Shown: one piece after another, positions 38,509 to 52,294 of the stretch
Layout: each line of letters opens with the position of its first letter
How positions within the stretch are numbered: position 1 is the first letter of the stretch
From: Vermamoeba vermiformis
Taxonomy: Eukaryota
Direction of reading: 5' to 3'
Assembly (NCBI GenBank): GCA_045837725.1
Contig: JBEWZL010000030.1
Span: forward strand, 372,001 to 436,000
DNA length: 64,000 nt
The notes under the pieces: model-generated
Seen by the model: only the letters and a program-made list of their open reading frames with translations
The model's database searches: none
What the model was told of the DNA's origin: nothing
Position numbers and translations under genes: made by a program

Positions 38509-38678
38509 ATTAGTATAATATCAAATCTGCTGTGTTGATGTTCGAACAATAATTTAAAATTGCGCGGGAACGGGATCAGCACGTGGTTCGGTCAAAATTT
38601 GTCAGCCCAGTCATTTTATTTAATTAATAAGTATACATGAACACTATTATTAGAGGATTAGCTACACAGGTTAATAAA

Positions 38679-39245
38679 ATGGCTGATAAGGTTGAATGGG
38701 ATAAAACTCGCAAGACTTTCGTATTGAACTTGCCCAACAAAGGTACAATTATATTATATTAAAATATAATCATAATAGTATTTACAATGCGTATGATGTA
38801 ATTTAGAAGCTGCAATGATTACAGAAAATCTTAAAAAATATTTGAAATTAATTTTGACGTTTCTAGACGAGGCCCTTGTTGAATATGAAGATATCGATGC
38901 TAACACGTGGAATTTTGCGCACACTTTCGTAAGTAATTTCAAATATTTTTTTATTGGTGCAGCGCTTAATTTAATGCTCGGGTTTTTAGGTGCCTGAATC
39001 CGCTCGCGGAGGTGGTGTTGCAGCTAAAGTCGTCAAGGTGCGTAATTAGCAGTACTAAAATTGTTTAATTTGTCGTGCGAGCGGAGTTTGAAGGAGATCT
39101 GATCGGGCTGACTTTTGTTCAGGGCGCTTTTGACTATGCCGTCGAGAATAACAAAAAAGTAATCCCTTCATGTTGGTACGTTAAAGACGTATTTTTGCCT
39201 AAACATCCTGAATACGCGAAGAACGTGGTCAATGCCAAGATCTAG
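38679..39245 (+). CDS. Small GNAT acetyltransferase (YjdJ/NATD1-like)
   Basis: Spliced product ..FAHTFVPESARGGGVAAKVVKGAFDYA..KVIPSCWYV..KHPEY. Confidence 0.85.
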
Positions 39246-39329
39246 AACGAGTTCCGATCAAAAACCATTTTTTTGTACAAAGACGCTATTGTTTATAAAT
39301 TGACAAATATTATTTACAAGGTGCTTATT

Positions 39330-40948
39330 TTATTGTTTGTATTTTTCGATCAAGGCCATCACTTCCTCTTCAGATGCGTTCACTGCTTCGGACTTTGTTT
39401 GTAGCGCTGACAATTGCGTCAATTCGTCGGGCATTACCTTATTAGGAAACTCGCCTAAGCTTTCAGTAACAACTTTAGCAAACTTTGCAGGGTGAGCGGT
39501 GCCTAAGCAGACTAAAGGAGTAAGATGAAGTTTTGAAACTACATCCGATCCGGCTTTAACTCCGACAGCAGTATGCGGGTCCAAAACATATTGATACTTC
39601 TCATAATACTCCTTAATAGTCTTCTTAATATCTTCTTCGGACACACGCGATGATTTGAAGGTTTGTTGTGCTCGATCCAGAACAGATCCATCGACGGTCA
39701 GTTTTCCGGTAGTCTTGAAGACATTCATCCAATCAGATATGGTGCTCGCACTCGAGTTGGATAGGTAATATAAATATCGTTCGAAATTAGAAGAAATTTG
39801 AATGTCCATTGACGGCGTTGAGGTTTCTTTGACACCTTCTTGATGGTACTCTCCACGCTTGAAAAATCGATCCAAAATGTCATTTTCATTTGTAGCGACT
39901 ATTAATTGATCGATTGGCAGGCCCATTGCACGTGCATAGTATCCTAAAAAGGAAATAAAGTTAGCCTATTCCAAAACATAAAAATAACTAATCTTCAACT
40001 GCTCAATTTTGCAGATACAATGTCTATATTGGACTATATGACTATTATACGATATATTTACCTGCTAAAATGTCGCCAAAATTGCCAGTTGGAACGGAAA
40101 AATTGACTTTTTGACCAAGCGTGATCCGATTGTCGCGTGCAAGTTGATAATAGGCATGGAAATAATATACTATTTGTGCCAATATACGAGCCCAGTTGAT
40201 CGAGTTGACAGCTGAGATATTGTGACGTTGTTTGAACTCTTGTCGGCCGAAAACGGATTTGACAATATTTTGAGCGTCATCAAAAGTGCTGTTTTTGACT
40301 GCCAGACAGTGTACATTAGGATCCAATATCGATGTCATTTGCAGTTCTTGAATAGGACTGACTTTGCCTTGCGGGAATAAGATGAAAACTTGAATATTTT
40401 TTTTTCCGCGCATCCCGTGAATTGCTGCGCTGCCAGTATCTAACTTTGTATTAGTATCATATAATTAATCGATGAATATCCTATAATTGGTATTTACCTC
40501 CAGAAGTTGCACCTAAGATCGTAATGTGTTGATTTTGGTTGGCTCCATCTGGCTTTGTCAAAAAATATTCAAATAAATTGCCCAAAAATTGGAGAGCGAC
40601 GTCTTTGAATGAATAGGTAGGTCCATGAAACAGTTCCAATATCCAAACTGGTCCAACCGATCGGCAAGGAGCAATAAGTTGGTCTCTGAAATTATTACGA
40701 TACGAAGCGGTTATAATTCGTTGAAGATCCGCGTCTGAAACTTCTTTCGGGTCAATATACAATCGCAAGATATTATAGCAAAGCGATTTGTAATCCAAAT
40801 TGCTCCACTCGCTGATCTTTGACTGAATCTGCGGGATGTTCTCTGGAATGAACAATCCGCCATCAGGAGCGAGTCCACCCATTACTACTTGCTCGAACGA
40901 CCATCCTGAGACCTGTCCTCGAGTGCTTTTATATGTGTATGTTGACAT
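39330..40948 (-). CDS. THR4: Threonine synthase
   Basis: YKSTRG, GLAPDGGLF, LELFHGPTYSFKD, GATSGDTGSAA, NSINWARILAQ, VPTGNFGD, TAHPAKF. Confidence 0.97.
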
Positions 40949-41016
40949 CTCGAGAAAATAATAAATGAAAATGTTCCGCTATCAAATTTAATTCTGATCT
41001 GCCTCGTGTGAACACA

Positions 41017-42486
41017 ATGGCAAACACCTCAACTAATGAATGGCACTTTAATATGCCTTGTTCCAGCGCTAATGTAGGTCCAGGGTTTGATGTACTTGGA
41101 ATGGCGCTAGATCTTTACATGAGGTAAGATAAAACTCGCTCCTAAATTTTTTAAACAGTCTGAAATTAATGTAAATAATAATATTGTGTCCATATATGTC
41201 AATTCAAAGTTGTTTAAGCGAGCAGATATTTTTTGTAGATTTTTTTCAAAATACTTTTCAAGATCTGGTTGCATATGCAATAGCGACTGTCTTTAAGATT
41301 AACCGGTAATTAATTTTTGTATCATTTTAGGGTTACAGTACGCAAAAGCATGCAATCAGATGACACGTTGACTTTCAAAGGCCGAGGCAGCGACGTTATC
41401 CCTTCAAACAAGACCAATCTCATCTATCAAGCATTTATGCACGTAATTAACGAGCTTAAAGTCGAACGAAAGTTCTTCATCGATATTGAAATTAACAACG
41501 ACATTCCTGTTGGAAAAGGCAAGCATTAGATTTCTAGAGCGTGGCTCAAATTCGCAAATTTGGAAATATTAGTATTTAACAAGCTATATTTCCGCTATAA
41601 TAGTTTTAAATAGCTAATTAGAAGTTGCCTTTAAATTTTTCTGACGAGAGCTTTAAGGACTTGGAAGCTCCGGTGTAGCAGTAGCAGCAGGTGTTATTAT
41701 AGCCAACAGCTGTTACGATCTAAAATTAGCTACACAACAAATACTACAACAATGTTTGAAAATCGAAAAGCATCCGGACAACTTTACGCCTACAATCGTC
41801 GGAGGCTTTACAGCGTGCATGACCTCAGAACATGACGATAAGATTGTATATAATAAGATACCCGTTAATAGCAAGGTAATAATAGCACTTTTAAATCGTC
41901 GCGTACTGGTTTTATTTGGCTGAAATTTTTTCTCCGAAGAAATTTGGCCCAAAATGTTTTGATAGAGGTCTCACGTATTATTTGTAGATTAAAGCAGTCA
42001 TTGTAGTACCTAATTTCGAACTGCCGACTTCTCAAGCTCGTCAAGTACTGCCACAACAATATTCGAGAGCAGATCTCGTTTTCAATCTCCAACGAGCCGT
42101 TACACTCATTTCAGCGTTACAAGGTACCTTATTCTTCGATATATACTGTGTTAATACCGTATACCAGGCGATGTTACGTCTGAATCAGTTCAATTTGCTA
42201 TTCGTGAAGCGATGAAGGATCGCATCCACCAGCCTTACAGATCTAAGCTCGTCCCTGGGCTAACTGAATGGTAACAAATCACATATTTAATCTCTTAATA
42301 CTAATACTGTACTTAGTATCCAATTAACTATGCCTGCTTGGAGTTTGTTTGAGTGGCGCGGGTCCCAGTATTTGTGCCCTCGCGATTGACAACTTTAATG
42401 ACATCGGCAACAGGATCAAAAGCATTCTGAAAGACAAACAAATCGACGCAGAGCACTTTGTATTGAATATTGTCAAGACAGAGTAA
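41017..42486 (+). CDS. THR1: Homoserine kinase (apparent frameshift in last exon)
   Basis: PCSSANVGPGFDVLG, IPVGKGLGSSG, EKHPDN, MKDRIHQPYR, LSGAGPS. Confidence 0.93.
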
Positions 42487-42573
42487 ACAGTAGTTTATCA
42501 GATCTGCGAACCACTATTGGTTCAATAACAAAAAAGAACATACTAATGTACATCGTTTATTTTGACGTCTTGT

Positions 42574-44694
42574 TCATGCGCTTTGATTAACAGTACCCGC
42601 TGTATTATCGGCATTCTCGGGCCTGCGCTGCGTATTACCAGATCCGGATGGACTTTTATCGGGCATGAACCAGACTTGAATGAAGGTAATAAGACCTAAT
42701 AATACCGACTCTACATATATTGCTACTAGCCCAAAAATGATGCTCTTGTAGACAATGCAATACCGCAGGATGAAAGCGCAGGGAGGATAAATACAGGCAA
42801 AAATTGCCGAGATAATAATCGATACGCGGCTCTAAATACACTAATCTTAATATATATGTACTATTGTGGTATTTTAACATTTTGATTTACCTTCATAAGG
42901 CTATCTAATCGAGATTTACTATCGGCATTCATTTTCTCGGATCGATTAATAATCTCCAACGCTTTAACGGCTATCAATCATTTAGTAATATATTAATATT
43001 AAGATAGTAGAACAACGTACCGACAATGATGTAGAAACAAGCGACGATCATGCCAGTAGCCAACGAAATTGCTGCCAGCCCGACGAAAAGCGGTAGAATA
43101 GTAATGTAGATCAATAATAAGGCATTGATTGCTGGTAGTACTATAATAATAGCAACGAGGATCCAGAATGGTATCTGCATTCTGATCAAAAAGTCAGTAC
43201 GCGAACTTTTATGAATTTCCAAATAAGGCAATACTCACTTTTTGGACAAGAACGCTTGTACTTTTGTGTCTGCGAACTGATTGATGACTTCGAACCAGAA
43301 GAATGCCATCAGCACCAACGCTGCGACTGAGAAACAGAAAGTTAAGGAATAAATATGAAAGAGTGAAGTTGACATCAGTGGGCAATGTATGAATATTATA
43401 TGAAAGGATACATGACCACGTAGCAGGCCAAGTGTCAATAAATGCATCTATAGCAGCACTATATATTCCCCAAGTCAAGAGCGGATCTATCCATCGCACG
43501 ATCATCACTGAAATGAAATCGAGTGAAACGTTAGACCAAAACTAAATACATAATAAAGGTTACATAGACGTACAAATGCAAAATACCGCTTGAAAGAACA
43601 AATAAACAAAGCTGATGTTCCAGATAAAGCCAGTCTCTTTCACTTTTCGGACAAACTTGTAGATCACGAGCGCGAGTAGCAAGAGATAAAATACAAAGAA
43701 TACAGCGTTCAATGCGATGAACCACCATGTGTATGCGATTTTTTTATGCCACATACTGACGCCTGTAATAATTGTCGTCAATATTGACCAGTCTGTAATT
43801 ATTTAAAATTGGAGATCTTTGGCAAAACAGTGTAGCTTATAAGTAGGATAGCCAATCTACGTACCAGGGGTAATTTCCAACGTCACGTACGGTGAGTGGG
43901 CGAGAAGATCTGTTAAACTTAGGTAATCCGGTTTTGACACCTTAGAAAGTAGAGTTAGTTTTGCAGCTGTCATATTTACGATATAAACACTAATGCTTAC
44001 CAATACAGCGGGAATCTCAAGTGGAGATCGGCTGAGCGGAATACGAGATCTTCTACCATTAAATTCGGGTGGATTCAAATCGCTAATAAGTACTGCAGCT
44101 GCTCCAGCTATATCATAAATACGTTAGTGATGCCGGAATTAATTTATATTGTCTAAATTCTGAGAGGAAAGAAATTCTGAGAGGAAAGAAATTCTGAGCG
44201 AAATTTTCCTAATTTGAAGCGCAGCCTGAATTATGAGCGCGAGCGACGTACCATTGACTGCTGCGGCATATTGATTCACAGGAGTGCAAGGTGCTATTGG
44301 TATAAAAGCAATCATGCCTTCAGCTGAGTACGGAACGCATCCAGGATACTGGAAAATAAAAATTTGTTAGATCGAACTGTAGGTCTTAGATTATAGCTAA
44401 ACTCTACCACTATCTTATCTTTTGTGCATAATACAATTGTAATATTTGTACCTGAAACGTAACATTGCCAATAACTTTGAAATCAGTGGGTCCACCGACA
44501 AATCCGTTTGTTAGAGCGGGCGTATTGAACTCAGGATTGCTGTACAATGAATACATTAGCAAAAAATGCATATTTGATATTTAAAAATGCTATTTGACTT
44601 ACAGTACGATTGGAAAAATGATGCGGCTTGCGGATGTGAAAGCAATTATTAGCAATACGACAGCAAAATGCAATAGACCATGGTGTTTGTACAT
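42574..44694 (-). CDS. Signal peptide + PA (protease-associated) domain + ~7 TM receptor-like protein
   Basis: GCVPYS..C..AGAAAVLI..IPAVLVS..L..VTLEI (PA-like) followed by repeated hydrophobic helices; multi-exon. Confidence 0.75.
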
Positions 44695-44927
44695 CTCTGT
44701 GTCACACCGTGACATTTGTTATAAATAACTCGGTCTAGTGTCAAGCGTCGTTTGCAAGCTGAAAGGGTGCTCTTTTTTGGCTAAAACTTAAAAAGGGCAA
44801 GCCGGATTAGGTTCAAGTTTTGTCTATTTATATTATCATAAATTTGCTCATAATTGGAACTCAAAATTATTTGTGTTCGTAATGTAAAATTTACTAGTGT
44901 GTAGATTTTTAATTTAAAAATCTGTTA

Positions 44928-45588
44928 CAGTCGGATTTAGTTATAATGGGTGCAATGTTTAAAAAAAAAAAGCTCTGCACCACGACGCAGGCGTCCTTAT
45001 GAAGGGATACTTCTGTTGTGGACAGAAGACCTATCATACTTTATTGTCCGTGGGGTATGGACCTGGTCGATAAGCTTCATAGACCACGGATCAATGCTGA
45101 AATCGGATCGGTACTCCCATTAAGGGCATTGAAGCGTACAATGCCCTCTATAATTTATTTCTATTCATCACTCAAGCACCTGAGCAAGGCCACTCCTCAC
45201 GTTTAATTTAGTGGCGGTGGAAGAGATTTTAAATATATTTATGTATATGTTGAGACCAGTGCAGTGAACCTATGCTCTTGCCCAGTAATTTTAAATAATT
45301 AGAGAGAACGCCGCAATGACTTTCGCGCGTCAATCGGTCAAACTAATTCTCTATTTGCCTTCAAAGGCGATCTTTTGATATGGAAAATTGTGCTTCGTAT
45401 TCATAAATTTGTCCGACTGACAATGTGCTCGTCATTTTCGCGGGCAGTTTTGATTCGCAAGACTTATTGCAGTGAGAAGTTTTCATTTAAACGAAAAATT
45501 CTCGAAAGAGCGATTGAAAACGAAATATTTAGAGATTTCAAAAGCTTGAAAAGATTTCAATTTTGCCCATTATAATTAAATCCGACTG
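44928..45588. mobile_element. Non-autonomous Tc1/mariner(pogo)-type MITE, 661 bp
   Basis: 23-bp TIR CAGTCGGATTTA(G/A)TTATAATGGG; TA TSD at 44926-44927 and 45589-45590; element absent at the homologous position (~32630) of the permuted paralog. Confidence 0.9.
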
Positions 45589-46252
45589 TAATATTTGAGC
45601 GCGAAGATAATTACCTCGTATTCTCTATGCCTTCCTTGCCAACCATTATTTAACTAATCGTTATTAATTTACTCTATTGTTAGACCATAGTTTAATTCGT
45701 GCAACGGCCTCGTGGTGTGGTGTATTTGTCTGTAATCGAAATGATAAAAACAAAGTAATTTGTTTGCTTACGAATGAAAGCACAATGCTATCGGCTTCTA
45801 TCATGATAGAGTAAATTATGTTGTTCGCTGTTTAATACGCTTAAAATAATGGTGAAGGCGAATCAGATCGAGTTTCTCGAGCAAATCTAGGTAACTATCA
45901 ATTAAGTAATTGTTTTTCTATTTACCCGACAAAATTATATAATTTATGTTCAAAATTTTAACGTGGAGCGTTTGGAAAACACGAAGCGCACAGATTAAAA
46001 GGGATGGCGAAAATACCTTCCTTGTTCAATGCCTGTTGCGTTTTTGATATCATTACACTCGTGCCCTCAAGGAGAAACGGACATTTACAATTGAGCCGAG
46101 CGCTTCTCGAATGAAAATAATCAATGTCCGGCCAAACGGAGAAATATAATTGACGCGAGCGAAGGATCCAAGGCCAAATACAAAAAGAAAAACAGATTAG
46201 TAGTCTATCATCAACAACTTAATAGCAACAACAAATACTACCACTGCAAATC

Positions 46253-47180
46253 ATGTCTTCTGCTACTGAATCAAGAGTTTGGCTCATTACCGGCTGCTCA
46301 TCTGGATTTGGCTTTGAACTCGTTCGTGCAGCTCTTGCTCGTGGCGAAAAAGTTATTGCTACTGCTCGTTCAATCGACAAGATCGAGGAATTGAAGGCCG
46401 CCGGCGCTGCTACTCTGAGCTTGGATGTGACAAGTCCTCTTTCTGAACTCAAAGCTGTAGCCGAGAGAGCGATTGCCATTTATGGAAAAGTTGATGTATT
46501 AATCAACAACGCTGCATTCATCTTGCAAGGTGCCATCGAAGAGAATACGTAAGTAGCGAGCAAAAATTCGGTTTAGATCTAACTTTGACTTTTCTAGACC
46601 TGAAGAGACCTTCCAACAATTCAACACTAACGTATTTGGATTACTCAACGTCACTCGCGCATTTTTACCTCACATGCGTGCTCGCAAATCCGGGGTTATC
46701 GTAAACATTGGAAGTATCGGCGGATGGGGTGGCGCCGCAGGAGCAGGACTCTATTGCTCGACTAAATTCGCGTTAGAAGGCATTACTGAAGCATTACGCA
46801 GTGAAGTAGCACATCTGGGCATCAAAGTCACAGTCATTGAACCAGGCTACTTTCGTACTCAATTGCTCAAGCCAGGCAACACGCAAGCCTCTAGTACTAT
46901 CCAGGACTATGAAGCCAGTGTCGGCCCCGTGAGAAAAATGCTCGAAGCTTATAATGGAAAACAACCTGGAGACCCCAAAAAGGCCGCCGAACGCATCGTG
47001 GACATTGTAACGCAATCTGGCACCGCGCAAGGCCGAGAAATTCCAGTACGCGTTGCATTAGGCACGGATGCTTATGCCTATATTAAAGGCGCCATCGAAC
47101 AGTCGTTGAAGGACTTGGAAGCATGGAAAGATGTTACAATTACAACGGATCACGATGACGTTAAACAAGCAGCTCATTAA
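46253..47180 (+). CDS. Short-chain dehydrogenase/reductase
   Basis: WLITGCSSGFG, DVLINNA, YCSTKFALEG, QPGDPKKAA; one intron. Confidence 0.95.
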
Positions 47181-47223
47181 TTATTAATTCCTCTTATATA
47201 TTAAATAAATCGCTAATTTTACA

Positions 47224-49375
47224 TTATACTTCAACCGTTGAATTGGCAGTCGTAGTCGTATTTTCTTTGTCTCTCACTGAGTTCAGACTTTGAGATCCTT
47301 TACTCGTGGAAGACATTCCAGGAGTTTTCTCGGGCATGAACCAAACTTGAATGAAGGTAATAAGACCTAGCAACGTTGATTCTTCATATAGAACTGCAAG
47401 GCCGAAGAACAGATTGCCACCGACGATGTAGTAGCGCAAGATGAAATTGCAAGGCGGATAAATACAAGCGATGATTGTCGAGATAATGATCGATATCCGG
47501 CTCTAATAATATCATTAATAAATATATTTGGTTTAGATGCAATTAATTACGTACTCTCATTAAGCCTCTGACGCGAGATTTCTTGTCGACGTTCAATCGT
47601 TCGGATCTCTTTATGACTTGTAACGCTTTGACAGCTAAACAATAAATTATTATCACAAATATTATTCCTGGTAATATACAGCTCTATTCATACCAACGAT
47701 AATGTAGAAACAGGCGACGATCATTCCTGCAGCGAATTCAATGCCCAACAGGGCGACGAACAAAGTGCGAATGGTGAGAAAGCTCAATAGGATGGCATTA
47801 AGAGCGGGCAGCAAGATAATAACTCCGACGAGGATCCAGAACGGGATCTGCATTCTGATCGAAAAAAAGTCAGTACACGAACAATTTTCAATTTCCAAAT
47901 AAGGCAATGCTTACTTCTTGGACAAGAACGCTTGTACTTTTGTGTCTGCGAACTGATTGATGACTTCGAACCAGAAGAATGCCATCAGCACCAGTGCTGC
48001 GACTGAGAAACATAAAGTTAAGGAATAAATATGAAAAAGCAAGTTGAATCAGTGGGCAATGTATGAATGTTATATGAAGGATACATGACCACGTAGCAGG
48101 CCACGTGTCGATAAATGCATCAGCCATTGAGCTAATGATGCCCCAAGTCAAGAGCGGATCGATCCAACGAACGATCATCACTTTGAATCAGTTAGTAATG
48201 CTCGTAATCATGATATGAAGGTACTTACATATACAAAATACTGCTTGCAAGCCTAAGTAGACGAAGCTAATGTTCAAAATGAATCCGGTCGCTCGAACTT
48301 TTCGGACGAACTTGTAGATCACGAGTGCCAATAACGCCAAGTAGAATAGGCCGTATAGGATATTCAACGTGATGAACCAACCTGTGAAGCCAATATTTTT
48401 GTGCCATTCGCTTACGCCTATGCATGTCATCGAGATTAGTATCTTCTATAAATTTAAATCGCCAAGTTTACGAATAAAAGTTTATATCGCTCGATAAAAG
48501 AGCAATTACCTGGAGTAATATTAATTGTCACATACGGCTCAGTTTTGTTAACAATCATGTCTCTGAGCTTGTAATAATCTGGACCCGACAAGAAAAGTCG
48601 TCAGATTAGCAGCTGCATTCAATATTGTCGAGTACTATGACTTACGATGACTACAGGGATATCGAGTGGCATATTGCTCAACGGAATGCGGGATCTGCGT
48701 CCAACAACTCCGGGCACATCGTAATCACTGAAAATAACGCCGGCAGCTCCCGCTACACATAAAAACAAGTCAATCGTTAATATTACATACGTTCATATAA
48801 AATTGTTATTGTATCAATTAAACGAAATAAAGGCCCGGAGTTAGAAACGCCGATTCTAAGTTTCCCTTTTAAAGAATAAATTGCCAAAAATACGAACCTT
48901 CTTTCGCCAATTCAAATTGATGCTCACGACCGCAATGTCCGATAGGAATAACTACTATCATGCCCGCAGCGGAAAAAGATTCGCAGCCAGGGATCTAGAT
49001 CAGACGATAAACTTAGTTTAAAATTTTAAAGATGACAACCTTTCGAAATCAATCGATTCAACATTGTAATGCAAAAATTTGATATGAAAGTCGATCTATA
49101 TGCCATTTACCGTACCTGCAACGATACATTGGCAGTGACAGAAAAGTCAGTAACACCACCGACAAATCCGTTCGTCATGACAGGCGTATTCATTTCCGGC
49201 CTTATTGTTATACGATTAGTAACCATATGATATCATAATCAAATCAAGTTTGTCTCGATAATTCTTCGACTTACATTCCAGGCGGAAAAACATACTGGCT
49301 GGCAGATGCGACATTGAACAGAACCAACGTTACAAAAAATAATAGAACAGAATGACCTACACGCATTTTGCTCAT
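47224..49375 (-). CDS. PA-domain ~7 TM receptor-like paralog
   Basis: Same exons as the 42574-44694 gene (TPVMTNGFVGG, WIDPLLTWG, FFWFEVINQFADTKVQAFLSKK, TFIQVWFMP). Confidence 0.75.
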
Positions 49376-50956
49376 TTGTGGTCGTTACTTGGAGCTTGTA
49401 TTAAATTAAACGGCACCGCCGGGCATAATTTTTTATGATTTCTTCGCTGCATAGAAATTTGGCTAATTGGGGCAGTAATTTCAGATTGTGATCGACCGAT
49501 AAACCCAACGGCAAGGCTATATTAAGCAGCGTTTAACTATAATGTGATCAGTATCTCTATGACTATCTTGTCGCTTACAACAACCTGGTCTTACTTGGTA
49601 TTTGAGCTCTTTTAGCGTGCTGTTGGTAACTTTTCATCGCTCTTCTGTAAAATTCAAGTTTGAGAACAAACTCCGCGCCAACACAAGTTTAAACTTGATC
49701 CTTGATATACATGAAAATTGCTGTTCATACACAAATACGTGCGTTGAGGGATTTCTAGCAAACTTCGGCAAAATAAATAATTAATTCAAAAATTTAATAT
49801 TGAATGACCACTGCCAAAATGGTAGCACAAATGTTTGAAAAGTAATCTACGATATTTTGTTTATTAGAAAAAAATTGGGGGAAGGATCAAACGCGAATTA
49901 ATACACAAATCAATTACCTGATTCTATATTATATAATTACTTCTTTGTCTAAATCCAGCATTTTAATGCTTGAAGACGCGCAAAAATTTTCGTCGTGTGG
50001 TTTGCTCTCGACGGATTTAAAAAAAGAGCGAAATATTTTACTAGGCGCCAAATTAACTATATTACATGATGTACTATTAGACTATATCCTGATTCGAGTT
50101 GGTTACAATCTCATGCACCGAATTGGCCGTTATCGTGTCTTTGGGTCGGATAGCTGATCTATGATCCGTCGCCGATAAACCAGTGCTCTTATCAGGCATG
50201 AACCAGACTTGAATGAAGGTAATAATGCCGAGAAACACTGACTCTTCATATAGAACTGCAAGACCAAAGTATATGCTATCGTAGAGAATGTTGTAACGTA
50301 ACGCAAAATTGCAGGGCGGATAGATGCAGGCAACGATTGTTGAAATGATGATCGATACGCGGCTCTACATAGAATATTATTAATGTAAGTGCCATTATTT
50401 AAGGTTACATACTCTCATTAAGCCTCTGATGCGAGATTTCTTGTCTACGTTCAGTCGTTCGGATCTCTTGAGTACTTGCAACATTTTGACAGCTAAACGA
50501 TATAATTAGTCTATTATGACACTTGATCAACATTGCTATGCATACCAACGATAATGTAGAAGCAGGCCACTATCATTCCGGTCGCGAACGAAATACCCAG
50601 GAGCGCAACATCCAGATGAAGACTTCCAAGCACGTTCAATAGAATCGAATTGATAGCAGGCAGCAAGATAATTATAGCAACAAGAAGCCAGAAAGGAATT
50701 TGCATTCTTTTACGCAGAATTAATTAATCTCCTGACCCAGATCGGTTTCCTTTTTAGGTTAAATAACTAAAAATACTTACTTTTTGGACAAGAACGCCTG
50801 TACTTTTGTATCAGCGAACTGATTGATGACTTCGAACCAGAAGAATGCCATCAGTACCAACGCTGCGACTGAAAATACGAGGTTAAGGAATTTGTATGAA
50901 AAACGTTCTGATTAGAATGGAAAAACTGAATCGTTGTCAGAAGGATACACGACCAC

Positions 50957-52294
50957 TGTAACAAAACTCGTGTTTATTGCCACGTAGGCAATAAATCACG
51001 TGACTCAGCGCACAAAACCGATTCGAACGCTGTTTTATTCGTTCTTTTATTATTTTACTACAATAAACACGTATTTTACCCCTTAACCAAACTCTTGGTT
51101 TTGTTACATTGGTTCCGATAACCGGATCGAATGCTAACGAGCAGCTCTTCAAACTAAATGGCTTACGGTTTGGACTTGCGCCTTTTAGATATTCTGCACA
51201 ACGCCCTTCAACAGTGCCGCTCCCTCTTGGAAACGGATCTCTTATTTTTGGCCCGAGATGCGAATCCAAAAACGCGAAAAGTTTACTCCAACGCTCTCAA
51301 CGAGGTAAACTTTTTGGCCGCTGATTTAAGCAACTTGCAGAGTCTTGAGTACGAGGATTTTAAGCACCTCATTCTCATGATCCACTGCGAAGTTTTTTGG
51401 ATCAACGAAATTTATCGTCTCTCTTTTGGCAAACGCTCTAGCCTTGCTCTACCATCCATGGCTTATTTATTGGACTTAACTTGGACCTCAGATCCAGCGG
51501 AACACGAAAGTGAACTCACTCCTGCATCTGATGACGTCACCATCAAGAACGCGGATTCAGGAGAATCCTCTTCTCTCGTAGAGGAGGAAGAGAGTTGCTT
51601 GTTGCCTTCGACGTTGCCTTCCATCGACAACAGCCCGGATCTTGGATCAAAACAAATCCGCACCTCACTTCAATTTTCCTTGGGTTCCAGCCATTCCGCC
51701 ACCGCCACGAACTCCTCAAGTCCCGTCATACCTTCGCAGGTATATGCCCTCGATTGCTCTGCACATGGAGATAGAAACGGATTTGGATCTTCGACAAATG
51801 CACTTCTTGCTGACTACGATCTCGTCACAACTCCGCGAAATAGGCCTCCAGCTCCCCAGAGCCATTCTTTGTCAACAACCAAACAGGTGTTCAACGTCTG
51901 GTCGCCTCACAGCTTACGAAATGGTGCTCCGATCCAAAGCGGAACAGATCCACCGCCCGCAACCCCGCATAAAGAGTCATTATATCGCTCCTGCTACTCC
52001 CTGCTCTCCTGTAATCAGCACACGACCCTGGTTGCTGACACTGCTCTACATCGCCTTCTAGCGACGATCGAGCCTCCCGAACCGCCAGATATCCTGCAAT
52101 GTTATGAGTCAGGAGACTCATCTTCTCATTAGGGGGAAGATATGTAACAAAACTCGTGTTTATTGCCACGTAGGCAATAAATCACGTGACTCAGCGCACA
52201 AAACCGATTCGAACGCTGTTTTATTCGTTCTTTTATTATTTTACTACAATAAACACGTATTTTACCCCTTAACCAAACTCTTGGTTTTGTTACA
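50957..52294 (+). mobile_element. Small non-autonomous LTR retroelement (TRIM/TR-GAG-like), 1,338 bp
   Basis: Identical 152-bp LTRs (50957-51108, 52143-52294) with TGTAACAAAAC...GTTTTGTTACA ends; 5-bp TSD ACCAC; PBS TGGTTCCGATA; PPT AGGGGGAAGA. Confidence 0.95.
51158..52132 (+). CDS. Single intronless ORF of the LTR element (324 aa; possibly Gag-like, no pol motifs)
   Basis: Fills the space between PBS and PPT; helical N-terminus, S/P-rich remainder. Confidence 0.7.
   Translation: MAYGLDLRLLDILHNALQQCRSLLETDLLFLARDANPKTRKVYSNALNEVNFLAADLSNLQSLEYEDFKHLILMIHCEVFWINEIYRLSFGKRSSLALPSMAYLLDLTWTSDPAEHESELTPASDDVTIKNADSGESSSLVEEEESCLLPSTLPSIDNSPDLGSKQIRTSLQFSLGSSHSATATNSSSPVIPSQVYALDCSAHGDRNGFGSSTNALLADYDLVTTPRNRPPAPQSHSLSTTKQVFNVWSPHSLRNGAPIQSGTDPPPATPHKESLYRSCYSLLSCNQHTTLVADTALHRLLATIEPPEPPDILQCYESGDSSSH

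Noticed and set aside
44157-44198. 17-bp tandem duplication ATTCTGAGAGGAAAGAA
   Set aside because: Ordinary intronic slippage
45018-45575. Short ORFs inside the MITE as a transposase remnant
   Set aside because: No recognisable HTH or DDE motifs
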